Origin: Alphaproteobacteria bacterium
GTDB lineage: Bacteria; Pseudomonadota; Alphaproteobacteria; UBA828
Assembly (NCBI GenBank): GCA_965214705.1
Contig: OZ243972.1
Coordinates: 1,760,001-1,824,000, forward strand
DNA: 64,000 nt
Reading direction: 5' to 3'
Position 1 is the stretch's first letter. Each line of letters begins with the position of its first letter. Below, piece after piece: positions 28,523 to 38,438 of the stretch. Both the position numbers and the translations under genes were made by a program. The notes beneath the pieces were generated by a model. It had not been told where the DNA came from and ran no database searches. It saw only the letters and a program-made list of their open reading frames with translations.

Positions 28523-29764
28523 GTGGAGGCCGAACGCGCGGGCGTGGCGGAGATCTTCCGCCGCGCCGGCGCCGCTTTCCGTGAGCGCCACAAAGGGCGC
28601 ATCGACGCCGCCCGGCTCAAGGTCATGGGCGCCATCGAGGCGTGCCGCACCGCCGTGCTCGGCGGCCACATGTACGCCTGCGAGGGCTGCGGGCGCGAGC
28701 ATCCGCTCTTCAACTCCTGCCGCAACCGCCACTGCCCCACCTGCCAGGGTCTCGCCGCCAACCTCTGGAGCGAGGAGCGCGCCGGGGACATCCTGCCGGT
28801 GCCCTACTTCCATGTGGTCTTCACCCTGCCCAAGGAGGTTGCCGCCATTGCCTTCTGCAACCGCAGGGTGGTGTTCGACATCCTCTTCCGGGCCGTCGCC
28901 GAGACCCTGCGCACCATCGCCGCCGATCCCCGCCACGGCGGCATGCGCATCGGCGGCACCGCGGTCCTCCATACCTGGGATCAGAAGCTCCGCTTCCACC
29001 CGCACCTGCACGTGGTCGTGCCCAACGCGGGCTTCGACGTAGACAGTGGCGAGTGGAAGACGGGGAGCACCACCTTCCTCGCCCCCGTCAAGGTCCTCGG
29101 CAGCCTGTTCCGCCGCCTCTTCCTCGAGGAGCTCGCCCGCGCCCACGGCCGGGGGGACCTGGAGTTCCACGGCACCGTCGCCCACCTCGCCAATCCCGGC
29201 GAGTTCCACGCCACGCTTGCCGCCGCCCGGGCCAGGGACTGGGTGGTCTACGCCAAGCGGCCCTTCCGCGGGCCTGAGCAGGTCTTCCGGTACCTCTCGC
29301 ACTACACGCACAGGATCGCCATCTCCGACAGCCGCATCGTCTCCTTCGACGGCGAGACGGTCTCCTTCCGCCACCGAAAGCCCAAGGCGCCGGGGCAGAG
29401 AAAGCCGCGCTACGGCATCGCCACCGTGAGCGCCGACGAGTTCATCCGCCGCTTCCTGAGGCACGTCCTGCCGGACGGCATGCACCGCATTCGCTACTTC
29501 GGCATCCTCGCCAACGGCTGCCGCGCCAGCACGCTGGAGAGAGCACGCCAGGCTCTCGGCGCCCTCGGCTGCGCCGCCCCCGAGGGAAGCGTGGACGGCG
29601 CTCGGGCCGAGCCCGACGAAGAGCCCGAGATCGGCACCGCGCCCGTGGCCTGCCCCCACTGCGGCGGCGTCATGCGCCTCGTCCGCGAAATCCGCCGCCG
29701 CCATGAGCCCCGCTCGACGCGCGGCCCGCCGGCGCTGCCGCCGACCCACAGGGGGAAACCGTGA
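28523..29764 (+). CDS. IS91-family HUH/Y2 transposase (intact)
   Basis: CEGC...NSCRNRHCPTC Zn site, HVVFTLP, LHTW...HPHLH (HUH), YLSHY (Y2), CPHCG. Confidence 0.93.
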   Translation: MEAERAGVAEIFRRAGAAFRERHKGRIDAARLKVMGAIEACRTAVLGGHMYACEGCGREHPLFNSCRNRHCPTCQGLAANLWSEERAGDILPVPYFHVVFTLPKEVAAIAFCNRRVVFDILFRAVAETLRTIAADPRHGGMRIGGTAVLHTWDQKLRFHPHLHVVVPNAGFDVDSGEWKTGSTTFLAPVKVLGSLFRRLFLEELARAHGRGDLEFHGTVAHLANPGEFHATLAAARARDWVVYAKRPFRGPEQVFRYLSHYTHRIAISDSRIVSFDGETVSFRHRKPKAPGQRKPRYGIATVSADEFIRRFLRHVLPDGMHRIRYFGILANGCRASTLERARQALGALGCAAPEGSVDGARAEPDEEPEIGTAPVACPHCGGVMRLVREIRRRHEPRSTRGPPALPPTHRGKP

Positions 29765-30026
29765 GACGCCCGCTCGCTTCGGCCCCGCGCAACGGCGCCA
29801 AAGCGCCGACGCACGACCGAACCTGTCTCCGCTTGAGCCGGGCTGACAGCCCTCGGCTCACACCCCGCTCAGTCCTCGCAGCGTGCGCCCGCATGCCTGC
29901 CGAAAGACCGGCGCGAGCGTCGATTTTATGCGCAACTCTGCTGCCGGTGGATGCCGCCTGACGCTGACATCAGCGCACTTTCCACATAGCTCAACTTCGC
30001 CTCTCGTGGCCCGCGGCTTCGTTCAA

Positions 30027-30068
30027 AAGGGTTGGGCAGGCTCTCTCTCGAGAGCCTGCCCAACCCTT
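30027..30068. repeat. Terminal hairpin of copy 2 with inverted (TCTC) loop
   Basis: Same 19-bp stem; loop TCTC at 30046..30049. Confidence 0.85.
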
Positions 30069-32225
30069 AACCTTGCCCTGGAGCAGGGTGCAGATCTCGT
30101 CGCCCGGATAGGTGTATTCGAAACTACCCGGCGTGCACTGCCAGACACCGGCCATGGTGCGCATGCCGAAGCCGCCCAGATCGAAACGCCCCTCGTGCAC
30201 CGGGTTGCCGTCGAGCACGTTCACGAACGGCAGCTCCTCCAGCGGCGGCCACGGCTCCAGCCCGCCCTCGTCCTTCAGCGTCACATAGTCGAGCATCTTC
30301 TCCCTCCACTCCCTCATCGGCCAGTGAGTTGAGCCATCGTTGGCATCGCAGAAGCCTGTCGGCGCGATACTAGGACATTCTTCACCGATCAGGCGACCCG
30401 CTTTGGAAACGTTTCGTGCCCCCAGACTTGGCGCTCGCGGATCCACGGCAGCGGCTGTTGCGGATCGTCGGATTCGAACTCGCGCGCGAGCCTGTGGCCG
30501 TCGAAGATGGCGTTGGCGATGATGCGCGGGGCGTGACAATCGCCGACCCGATAGACCGCCTGGATGCCTTGGCCGGCCCACTCCGCGTTGCGCGCCTTGA
30601 CCTCGCGGAACACCTTGTCATTGCTCAGCCGTGACGTGCACAGGACGACACTGTCACACTCGAGTTCAGTCATCTCGGTACCAGCACGGCGCGAATACTC
30701 GCCCTTCTTTGGCGTCAACGTCCGAACATAACCGTCCCGATAGAGGTAGAAGATCGTAAGCTTAACTGCATTACCTATCTCAAGTTTATCTGCCCAATGC
30801 AGCGTATGTTGCTCGATGTTCTTTTCGTGCATCATGCGGCGAATATCGTGAATCTCCTCGGTATAGATGCAGTGAGACGCGACGTTATCGAAGTTGGTGA
30901 CGATGCTGACGTCCTTGCCTTGATCGGCAAGCAGCTCCGCCATGCTCACGCCGGTGTAATAGCCCTCGTAGTCGAGCACGACGACGCGCTCGCCGGTCTC
31001 CTTGCCGGCCATGATCTGCTCGGGGGTACTAATTTCCGGTAGCGACGCATCTGCGCCGCCGAGCGGGGCCTGCGTCACGCCGCCGAGGCCGTTCGTCGAC
31101 CATCGCGCACCGGTGGCGAAGACCACCTTGTCGGCGCCGTATTCCAGAACGCTGTCGGCGCTCATCTCGCCGACCCCGGTGTGCACTTCGACGTTCTTGA
31201 GCTTGTCCAGCTGGCCCTGTTTGTAGCTGATGACGCGGCCCCATTCGGCGAGATGGGGGTAGCGCATGATGTCCTTCATGCAGCCGCCGATTTCGTCCGA
31301 CGCTTCGCGCAGGTGGACGTCGTAGCCCCGCTCGCCGAGGACACGCGCGCACTCCATCCCTGCAGGGCCGGCGCCGACGACGAGAACCGAGCACGGATCC
31401 TCCGCCCGCTCGAACTTCTCGGGGTGCCAGCCGCGCCGGTATTCCTCCATCGACGTGGCGTTCTGTGTGCAGATCAGGGGTGTCGTCTGCCACCACTTGG
31501 AGAGGCACATGTTGCAGCCGATGCATTCGCGGATGTCGTCGGTCCGGCCTTCGTCGATCTTGTTGGGGAGGAAGGGATCGGCGATGGAGGGACGCGCGGC
31601 GCCGATCAGGTCGGCCTGCCCGGACTTGACGATCTGCACCATCTCGTCGGGGCTGGTGACACGGCCGGCGCTGACCACCGGCACGCTGCAGGCCTTCTTG
31701 GCTTCCCTGATCCAGGGCGCCATGTAGTTGGAGGCCGTGGAGCGCGAGGCAGCAATTTCCAGCGCGAGCTCGGAGTAGCGGCCGACCTTCATGTCCCAGA
31801 CGTCGCACAGGCCTTCCCTCTCATGGAGCTCGATGAAGCGAATGCCGTCCTCCCAGACCTCGAGGCCGTCCGGCCCGTCCATGGTGTCGACCGAATAGCG
31901 ATAGCCGACCGCACACTCATCGCCGACGGCCTTTTTGGTCGCCTCCGAGACTTCGAGCGCAAAACGGGCGCGATTCTCCATCGAGCCGCCGTACTTGAAC
32001 GAAGCCGCTACGCGGAGTTAGCGGCGTAGAGTTCATTCATTTCCGAGGCGTCGCGGGTGCCGTTTGTTCTGTGCGTTCGCTTCCCGGTTGCGTCAGTGGC
32101 GCTCCGCCCGTCGGGTGGCGGATCCCCAGCAGCCTCCCGATCACCAGTGGTTAGCATCGACCCCTGCGACGGACCGTCGCCGGATCGGTCCGGCGGCGCG
32201 CCGTCGCGATCCAGGGAGATCGATA

Positions 32226-33104
32226 ATGACCGGGACCGCGTGCGACACGAACACCGTCACCCCTCTTCGCCAGCGCATGGAGGAGCAGCTCCGCATCGCC
32301 AATCTGGCCGCGAGCACGTCCAAGGCCTACATCTGCGAGATCAAGAACCTGGCCAGGTACTACGACGCCTCGCCGGACGAGCTCGACGCCGAGCAGGTGC
32401 GCCAGTGGTACCTGGGGCGGATCGACAAGGGGCTCAGTCCGGGCACGACCAACGTCTCCTTCGCCGCGCTGAACTTCCTCTACATCGACACACTCGGCTG
32501 GCCTGACCATGTCGCCGGCCTGCGCTCCCGCAAGAAGCCCGGCAAGCTGCCGCGCTACATGTCGGAGCAGGAGGTCGAGCACCTCATCCTTGCGACACCC
32601 GACCTCCGCCACCGTGCTGCCATTGTCACCGGCTATGGCGGCGGGCTCCGCATCTCCGAGACCTTGGCCATCAAGGTCGGCGACATCCTGTCGGAGAAGA
32701 AGCTGCTGCACATCCCCTCCGGCAAAGGCGGCACCGAGAGAATGGCACCGTTGCCGGACATCGTCATCCACTACTTGCGCGTCTACTACAGGAACATCTG
32801 GCCGCGTCCGACGAGCTGGCTCTTCTACGGCGTCTCGCTCGACAGGCCCATCGCAACGGAGACCTTGCAGGCCGCCTTCAGGAGGGCGCGCGACATTGCC
32901 GAGCTCGACCGCAGCTACACCTTCCATTGCCTGCGCCATTCGGCGGCGACCCATCTCCTCGAGCGCGGCGGCGATATCGAGGTGATCCGGGACATGCTCG
33001 GCCATCGAAGCGCGAACACGACCCGTCACTACGCCCGCGTCACCGGCAAGATGTTCGAGGGCCTCGACCACCCGATCTCAGGCTTCGCAGCGTTGCGCAA
33101 CTGA
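32226..33104 (+). CDS. Tyrosine recombinase of the IS91-like element
   Basis: Identical protein to the other copies. Confidence 0.9.
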   Translation: MTGTACDTNTVTPLRQRMEEQLRIANLAASTSKAYICEIKNLARYYDASPDELDAEQVRQWYLGRIDKGLSPGTTNVSFAALNFLYIDTLGWPDHVAGLRSRKKPGKLPRYMSEQEVEHLILATPDLRHRAAIVTGYGGGLRISETLAIKVGDILSEKKLLHIPSGKGGTERMAPLPDIVIHYLRVYYRNIWPRPTSWLFYGVSLDRPIATETLQAAFRRARDIAELDRSYTFHCLRHSAATHLLERGGDIEVIRDMLGHRSANTTRHYARVTGKMFEGLDHPISGFAALRN

Positions 33105-33407
33105 CGGCGCGTGGAGGCCGAACGCGCGGGCGTGGCGGAGATCTTCCGCCGCGCCGGCGCCGCTTTCCGTGAGCGCCACAAAGGGCGCATCGACGCCGCC
33201 CGGCTCAAGGTCATGGGCGCCATCGAGGCGTGCCGCACCGCCGTGCTCGGCGGCCACATGTACGCCTGCGAGGGCTGCGGGCGCGAGCATCCGCTCTTCA
33301 GATACCATGAGCACGGTGGCACCGAATCGATTCTGGCGGTTAGACAAGCTCGGAGAGAAGGCCAGCACCTTCTCTCCGAGCGGAATCGTCAACAACGGAG
33401 TGGACGG

Positions 33408-34604
33408 ATGTCGGATGGTCCAGACACGACCGCGCTGACAGGCGCAAGTAGTAGCACGATTTATGTCGCGGTGGAGATCAGCCTCAAATCGTGGATCGTT
33501 GGCGTGCATTGCCCGGATGCCTCGGGTGGCAGCATCAGCATCCACACACTGGCTGCTGCCGACACGGCGGGACTGTTGGATCTCGTCGGGTCGGTGCGGG
33601 AACGGGTGGCGAGGGAGCTCGGCGCCCGTCCTCGGGTGATGCTGACCTACGAGGCGGGCTACGAGGGGTTCTGGCTTGCCCGCGATATCGAGCGCCGTGA
33701 CGCGGAGATCGATATCTTCATGAACGATCCGGCGAGCCTGCGGGTGAACCGGCGCGCCAAGAAGAAAAAGACCGACCGTATCGACGCGAGGAGGATGGTT
33801 CGGGCTCTGAAGGCATGGGACCAAGGCGATTCGGAGGCCATGTCCTGGGTGCGCGTGCCCGATGTGGACCAGGAGGATGCCAAGCGCCTGCTGCGCGAGA
33901 GGGACACGCTGATCAGCGAGCGTACCCGCGTCAACAACCGGATCAAAGGGCTCTTGCAGTTGCACGGCATCTTCGATCTGGCGCCGCGCAAGCCGGACTT
34001 CCTCGAACGCCTCGCGACCGCGCGGACGGGCTATGGGGCGCCGTTGCCGCCGCGTGCGCGGGCAGAGATTGAGAGGGCGGTGGGGATGCTTCGCCTGGTT
34101 GAGGAGCATATCGAGATGATCGAGGCCGAGAAGAGGGCCCTGCTGAAGGCTGGCCGGAAAGCCCAGGACGCGACCAATCGTGACGGGACGGCGATGATCG
34201 CGGCGCTTACGCGCATCCATGGCATCGGCCTCAATGACGCCACACTGCTGGCTGGCGAGGTGTTCTATCGGGACTTCCGCAATCGCCGGGAGTTGGGCAG
34301 CTGGGCCGGGTTGACGTCGGTGCCGTGGGCGAGCGGAGATGTCGACCACGATCTTGGCATCAGCAAGGCCGGCCCCTCGCATGTCAGGAAGCACATGATC
34401 CAGATGGCTTGGCGCTGGCTGAAGCTGCAACCGGAAAGCGCGATCACGAAGTGGTTCCACGCCTACGTCGCCAGGGATGCCGGTGGCGGGAGGGACCGGC
34501 GAGCGAGGAAGCGGGCGATCGTGGGGGTCGCGCGCAAGCTGCTGATCGCGCTGTGGCGCTATGCCACCCAAGGACTGGTGCCTGAGGGCGCCATCGTCTC
34601 CTGA
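33408..34604 (+). CDS. IS110-family recombinase/transposase
   Basis: Identical protein to 18679..19875. Confidence 0.92.
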   Translation: MSDGPDTTALTGASSSTIYVAVEISLKSWIVGVHCPDASGGSISIHTLAAADTAGLLDLVGSVRERVARELGARPRVMLTYEAGYEGFWLARDIERRDAEIDIFMNDPASLRVNRRAKKKKTDRIDARRMVRALKAWDQGDSEAMSWVRVPDVDQEDAKRLLRERDTLISERTRVNNRIKGLLQLHGIFDLAPRKPDFLERLATARTGYGAPLPPRARAEIERAVGMLRLVEEHIEMIEAEKRALLKAGRKAQDATNRDGTAMIAALTRIHGIGLNDATLLAGEVFYRDFRNRRELGSWAGLTSVPWASGDVDHDLGISKAGPSHVRKHMIQMAWRWLKLQPESAITKWFHAYVARDAGGGRDRRARKRAIVGVARKLLIALWRYATQGLVPEGAIVS

Positions 34605-34949
34605 GGGCACCGGCCGAACGAACGGGAAAATACAGGAGGTTCCGACGTGGTCGGACGCGGCCGCGGAGGATGCCGGGCAAGGCGTGTGACCGGGCAAGAG
34701 TTGGGTCGCCGCTTGGCACCGTTCTACAGATGGGTCCCGCCTCCCGGAACGTCACCACCGCTTGGATGCGGTATTGGGGTCACGGAGCCGGCAAGCGCCG
34801 GAGTTCCGAACCGGATAAGAGCTGAGCAGCGTGGCGGATCGCTGCGTGGAAACGACGTTCTGCCTGGACATCGGCCGCGGATTCGAGTGGAGAGATTGCG
34901 AATGCCATTGACGTAGATGAAGCCGGGCCTTGCGGAGAGAGCTCATAAG
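34605..34949 (+). ncRNA. Candidate bridge RNA/seekRNA region, second copy
   Basis: Same sequence as 19876..20220. Confidence 0.7.
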
Positions 34950-37273
34950 AACTCCTGCCGCAACCGCCACTGCCCCACCTGCCAGGGTCTCGCCGCCAAC
35001 CTCTGGAGCGAGGAGCGCGCCGGGGACATCCTGCCGGTGCCCTACTTCCATGTGGTCTTCACCCTGCCCAAGGAGGTTGCCGCCATTGCCTTCTGCAACC
35101 GCAGGGTGGTGTTCGACATCCTCTTCCGGGCCGTCGCCGAGACCCTGCGCACCATCGCCGCCGATCCCCGCCACGGCGGCATGCGCATCGGCGGCACCGC
35201 GGTCCTCCATACCTGGGATCAGAAGCTCCGCTTCCACCCGCACCTGCACGTGGTCGTGCCCAACGCGGGCTTCGACGTAGACAGTGGCGAGTGGAAGACG
35301 GGGAGCACCACCTTCCTCGCCCCCGTCAAGGTCCTCGGCAGCCTGTTCCGCCGCCTCTTCCTCGAGGAGCTCGCCCGCGCCCACGGCCGGGGGGACCTGG
35401 AGTTCCACGGCACCCTCGCCCACCTCGCCAATCCCGGCGAGTTCCACGCCACGCTTGCCGCCGCCCGGGCCAGGGACTGGGTGGTCTACGCCAAGCGGCC
35501 CTTCCGCGGGCCTGAGCAGGTCTTCCGGTACCTCTCGCACTACACGCACAGGATCGCCATCTCCGACAGCCGCATCGTCTCCTTCGACGGCGAGACGGTC
35601 TCCTTCCGCCACCGAAAGCCCAAGGCGCCGGGGCAGAGAAAGCCGCGCTACGGCATCGCCACCGTGAGCGCCGACGAGTTCATCCGCCGCTTCCTGAGGC
35701 ACGTCCTGCCGGACGGCATGCACCGCACTCGCTACTTCGGCATCCTCGCCAACGGCTGCCGCGCCAGCACGCTGGAGAGAGCACGCCAGGCTCTCGGCGC
35801 CCTCGGCTGCGCCGCCCCCGAGGGAAGCGTGGACGGCGCTCAGGCCGAGCCCGACGAAGAGCCCGAGATCGGCACCGCGCCCGTGGCCTGCCCCCACTGC
35901 GGCGGCGTCATGCGCCTCGTCCGCGAAATCCGCCGCCGCCATGAGCCCCGCTCGACGCGCGGCCCGCCGGCGCTGCCGCCGACCCACAGGGGGAAACCGT
36001 GAGACGCCCGCTCGCTTCGGCCCCGCGCAACGGCGCCAAAGCGCCGACGCACGACCGAACCTGTCTCCGCTTGAGCCGGGCTGACAGCCCTCGGCTCACA
36101 CCCCGCTCAGTCCTCGCAGCGTGCGCCCGCATGCCTGCCGAAAGACCGGCGCGAGCGTCGATTTTATGCGCAACTCTGCTGCCGGTGGATGCCGCCTGAC
36201 GCTGACATCAGCGCACTTTCCACATAGCTCAACTTCGCCTCTCGTGGCCCGCGGCTTCGTTCAAAAGGGTTGGGCAGGCTCTCGAGAGAGAGCCTGCCCA
36301 ACCCTTAACCTTGTCCGTCCTCTTGTTGTAGTAGGGCTGCAGGAACTGGTTCATGATCATCGAGTCCGAAACTAGGTTCTCGATGATGTCGAAGCCTGCA
36401 TCCCGCGCCCGCTTCGCCGCATCGACGTGCATCTGGATGACGGCGCGGATGTCGTCATCATCCATTTCGCAGGTGCTCGCCAGGGGAATCGCCTCCGACG
36501 GCGCTTGACTGGGCGCACGGCTGATCGCGCGGGATTCACCGCTCTGAGAGTGCAAACCGGCGTAGTAGAGTTCGACGCCGGCCAGCGCGCCGTGCGCGTG
36601 AATGCTGTCGGTTACGTGCCGCAGGCTGATAACGTCGCCTTCGTCCCAAAGGCGCGCGGACCAATGCGGCGAATCATCCGATTCCGGGTGGATCGCGGTG
36701 TACTCGATGAAGACAGTCCCCCAACCGCCTTCGGCCTTCATGCCGCGGAACGCGGCCTGGGTGCCGGGACGATCGGAGCCCGCGCTGTTGCAATGGGGCG
36801 TCTGCCAGAACCGATTCTTCGTTGCTTTTGGACCGACTTTGACCGACTCAAACAAAACGTCGTGTTCTGGATTTCGCGCCATTGTTTACCCCCTCCCCTT
36901 ACACAATTGCGCTTCAATACATTTGTACCTTGTTGGCAATTTAATCTTACACAGAAGAAGCTATCACGCAAGATTCATCTTTGGCGGTGCGAGTGCTGAC
37001 TATTCAATTTGACATCGTCATACGGTCCCAATGGGCACACGCTGTCAGGGACCGTCCGGGCGGCCAGCGGGGTGGAGCGAGATCATAAGGCCAGCGTAGC
37101 GACACGGCCGTTCTCAGCCTCGGCGCTCGATGGTCTGGGCTACCACGAGTCCGGCCTCGAAAAGGGAGCTGCTTCGGATTTAGCCCGGATGACGGAGTTC
37201 GCAATTCGAGTATTCTGTTGAGGGAAGGCCGCTCGCGCGCGCCGCGCGCGACAACTCTATACGCCTCTCAAGA

Positions 37274-38317
37274 GTGACGAGTTCGACGCGAGAGATGAAG
37301 ATTTCGGCGCCCGGCATCCTTGAGGGGCTGCAGCCGCAGCCACGCTTCCTCGCAATCTGGATCGCTCTGGCTGTGCTCATCGTTATCAGTGCGATCTTCG
37401 TGCCGCGAAGCCTGATGGCCACGTCGATCCTCGCCATCATTCCGTTTGCGGCGTTCCTCTGCATCGCGTCCATGGGCGAGGCCCTGGTGCTAATGGCGCG
37501 CGGCATCGACCTCTCGATCCCGGCCGTCATCACGCTCTCCAGCAGCCTGATTCTGGGCATCTCCGGCGGCCAGGACGCCGCGCTCGGCCAAGCGATCGTC
37601 GTTGCGCTCGCGGTCTCGGCCGGTGTTGGCCTGATCAACGGCGTTCTGGTCTCGAACTTTCGGTTGAATCCCCTGGTCGTCACGCTCGCCGTCGGGACCA
37701 TCATGATGGGCGCGGCGATCTGGTACCGGGAAGGCATCGCCCAGGAGGCGCGGGTACCGCCGATCCTCGCGGACTGGGGCGAGACCCGCTTCCTCTCGAT
37801 CAACTTCTCGGTCTGGGTGGCGATGGCCCTCGTGCTCCTCTCCACCTTCCTGCTGCGCTTCACCCTCTACGGGCGGCGCTTCACCGCCGTCGGCGCCAAC
37901 CCCGTCGCCGCCTGGATCAGCTGCATCGGCGTGAACCGCTACCGGGTTGCGGCCTACGCCGCGGCCGGGTTGCTCTACGGCGTCGCGGGCATCCTGCTCG
38001 CGGCCTTCATCCGCAATCCCACCCTCGATGTCGGTGCCGCCTATCTGCTCGCACCCATCGCCGCCGCCGTGCTGGGCGGCACGGCGATCGGCGGCGGGGT
38101 CGGCAGCATGATCGCGGTGGCCGGCGCGGCGCTCTTCCTGACCCATCTCGGGCAGATCCTGAAGATGATGGGGCTGACCACGGCCATCCAGTTCATGGTC
38201 TACGGCGGCGCCATCGCCGTTGGCATGGCGCTCGCCGGCGTTCGATTCTCCGACCTGCGCGGTGCGTGGGATCGTTGGCTCGGTCGCACCGCCGCGCGCG
38301 GAGCCGAATCACGGTAG
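37274..38317 (+). CDS. Sugar-type (RbsC-like) ABC permease
   Basis: GIDLSI, GLING, TLYGRRF.AVGANP.AA, IAAAVLGGT. Confidence 0.88.
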   Translation: MTSSTREMKISAPGILEGLQPQPRFLAIWIALAVLIVISAIFVPRSLMATSILAIIPFAAFLCIASMGEALVLMARGIDLSIPAVITLSSSLILGISGGQDAALGQAIVVALAVSAGVGLINGVLVSNFRLNPLVVTLAVGTIMMGAAIWYREGIAQEARVPPILADWGETRFLSINFSVWVAMALVLLSTFLLRFTLYGRRFTAVGANPVAAWISCIGVNRYRVAAYAAAGLLYGVAGILLAAFIRNPTLDVGAAYLLAPIAAAVLGGTAIGGGVGSMIAVAGAALFLTHLGQILKMMGLTTAIQFMVYGGAIAVGMALAGVRFSDLRGAWDRWLGRTAARGAESR

Positions 38318-38438
38318 GACGCTTATGCCAAAGTCGAGGGTCTGGTATCTATAGCACTTACGCACGATCAACCCGTTTGCGGGAACAGGACCTGCCCGCC
38401 ATCAACATCAACGACACACAGCAAAAGGAGAAACGAAC

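Larger units (their letters stand above)
27406..30071 (+). mobile_element. IS91-like rolling-circle element, copy 2 (2666 bp, intact)
   Basis: Same ends as the other copies; target CTTG at 30072..30075; uninterrupted transposase. Confidence 0.93.
27250..30296 (-). pseudogene. EutQ/DUF861-like cupin split by IS91-like copy 2
   Basis: Removing 27406..30071 rejoins ...GVWQCTPG...DEICTLLQGK-IHVTEQDG...TVRKVF in frame. Confidence 0.85.
33300..34949 (+). mobile_element. IS110-family, IS1111-type insertion sequence, second copy
   Basis: Apparently identical to 18571..20220. Confidence 0.9.
33111..36002 (+). pseudogene. IS91-family transposase interrupted by IS1111-type element
   Basis: Same insertion point as copy 1. 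Confidence 0.9.
31994..36309 (+). mobile_element. IS91-like element, copy 3 (4316 bp including nested IS1111-type element)
   Basis: Same ends; target CTTG at 36310..36313. Confidence 0.92.
30389..36882 (-). pseudogene. TMADH-family flavoprotein (paralogue 3) split by IS91-like copy 3 (36882..36310 plus 31993..30389)
   Basis: Removing 31994..36309 restores ...YNKRTDK-YGGSMENRARF; both halves otherwise open. Confidence 0.9.

Noticed and set aside
30700-30900. AT-richer patch within TMADH paralogue 3 as a foreign insert
   Set aside because: The frame is open and the peptide aligns with paralogue 1 (YLYRDGY.RT..P..GE..RR); no boundary repeats
17265-36309. Identical orientation of all three IS91-like copies as a strand-bias signal
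   Set aside because: Three of three arises by chance one time in four
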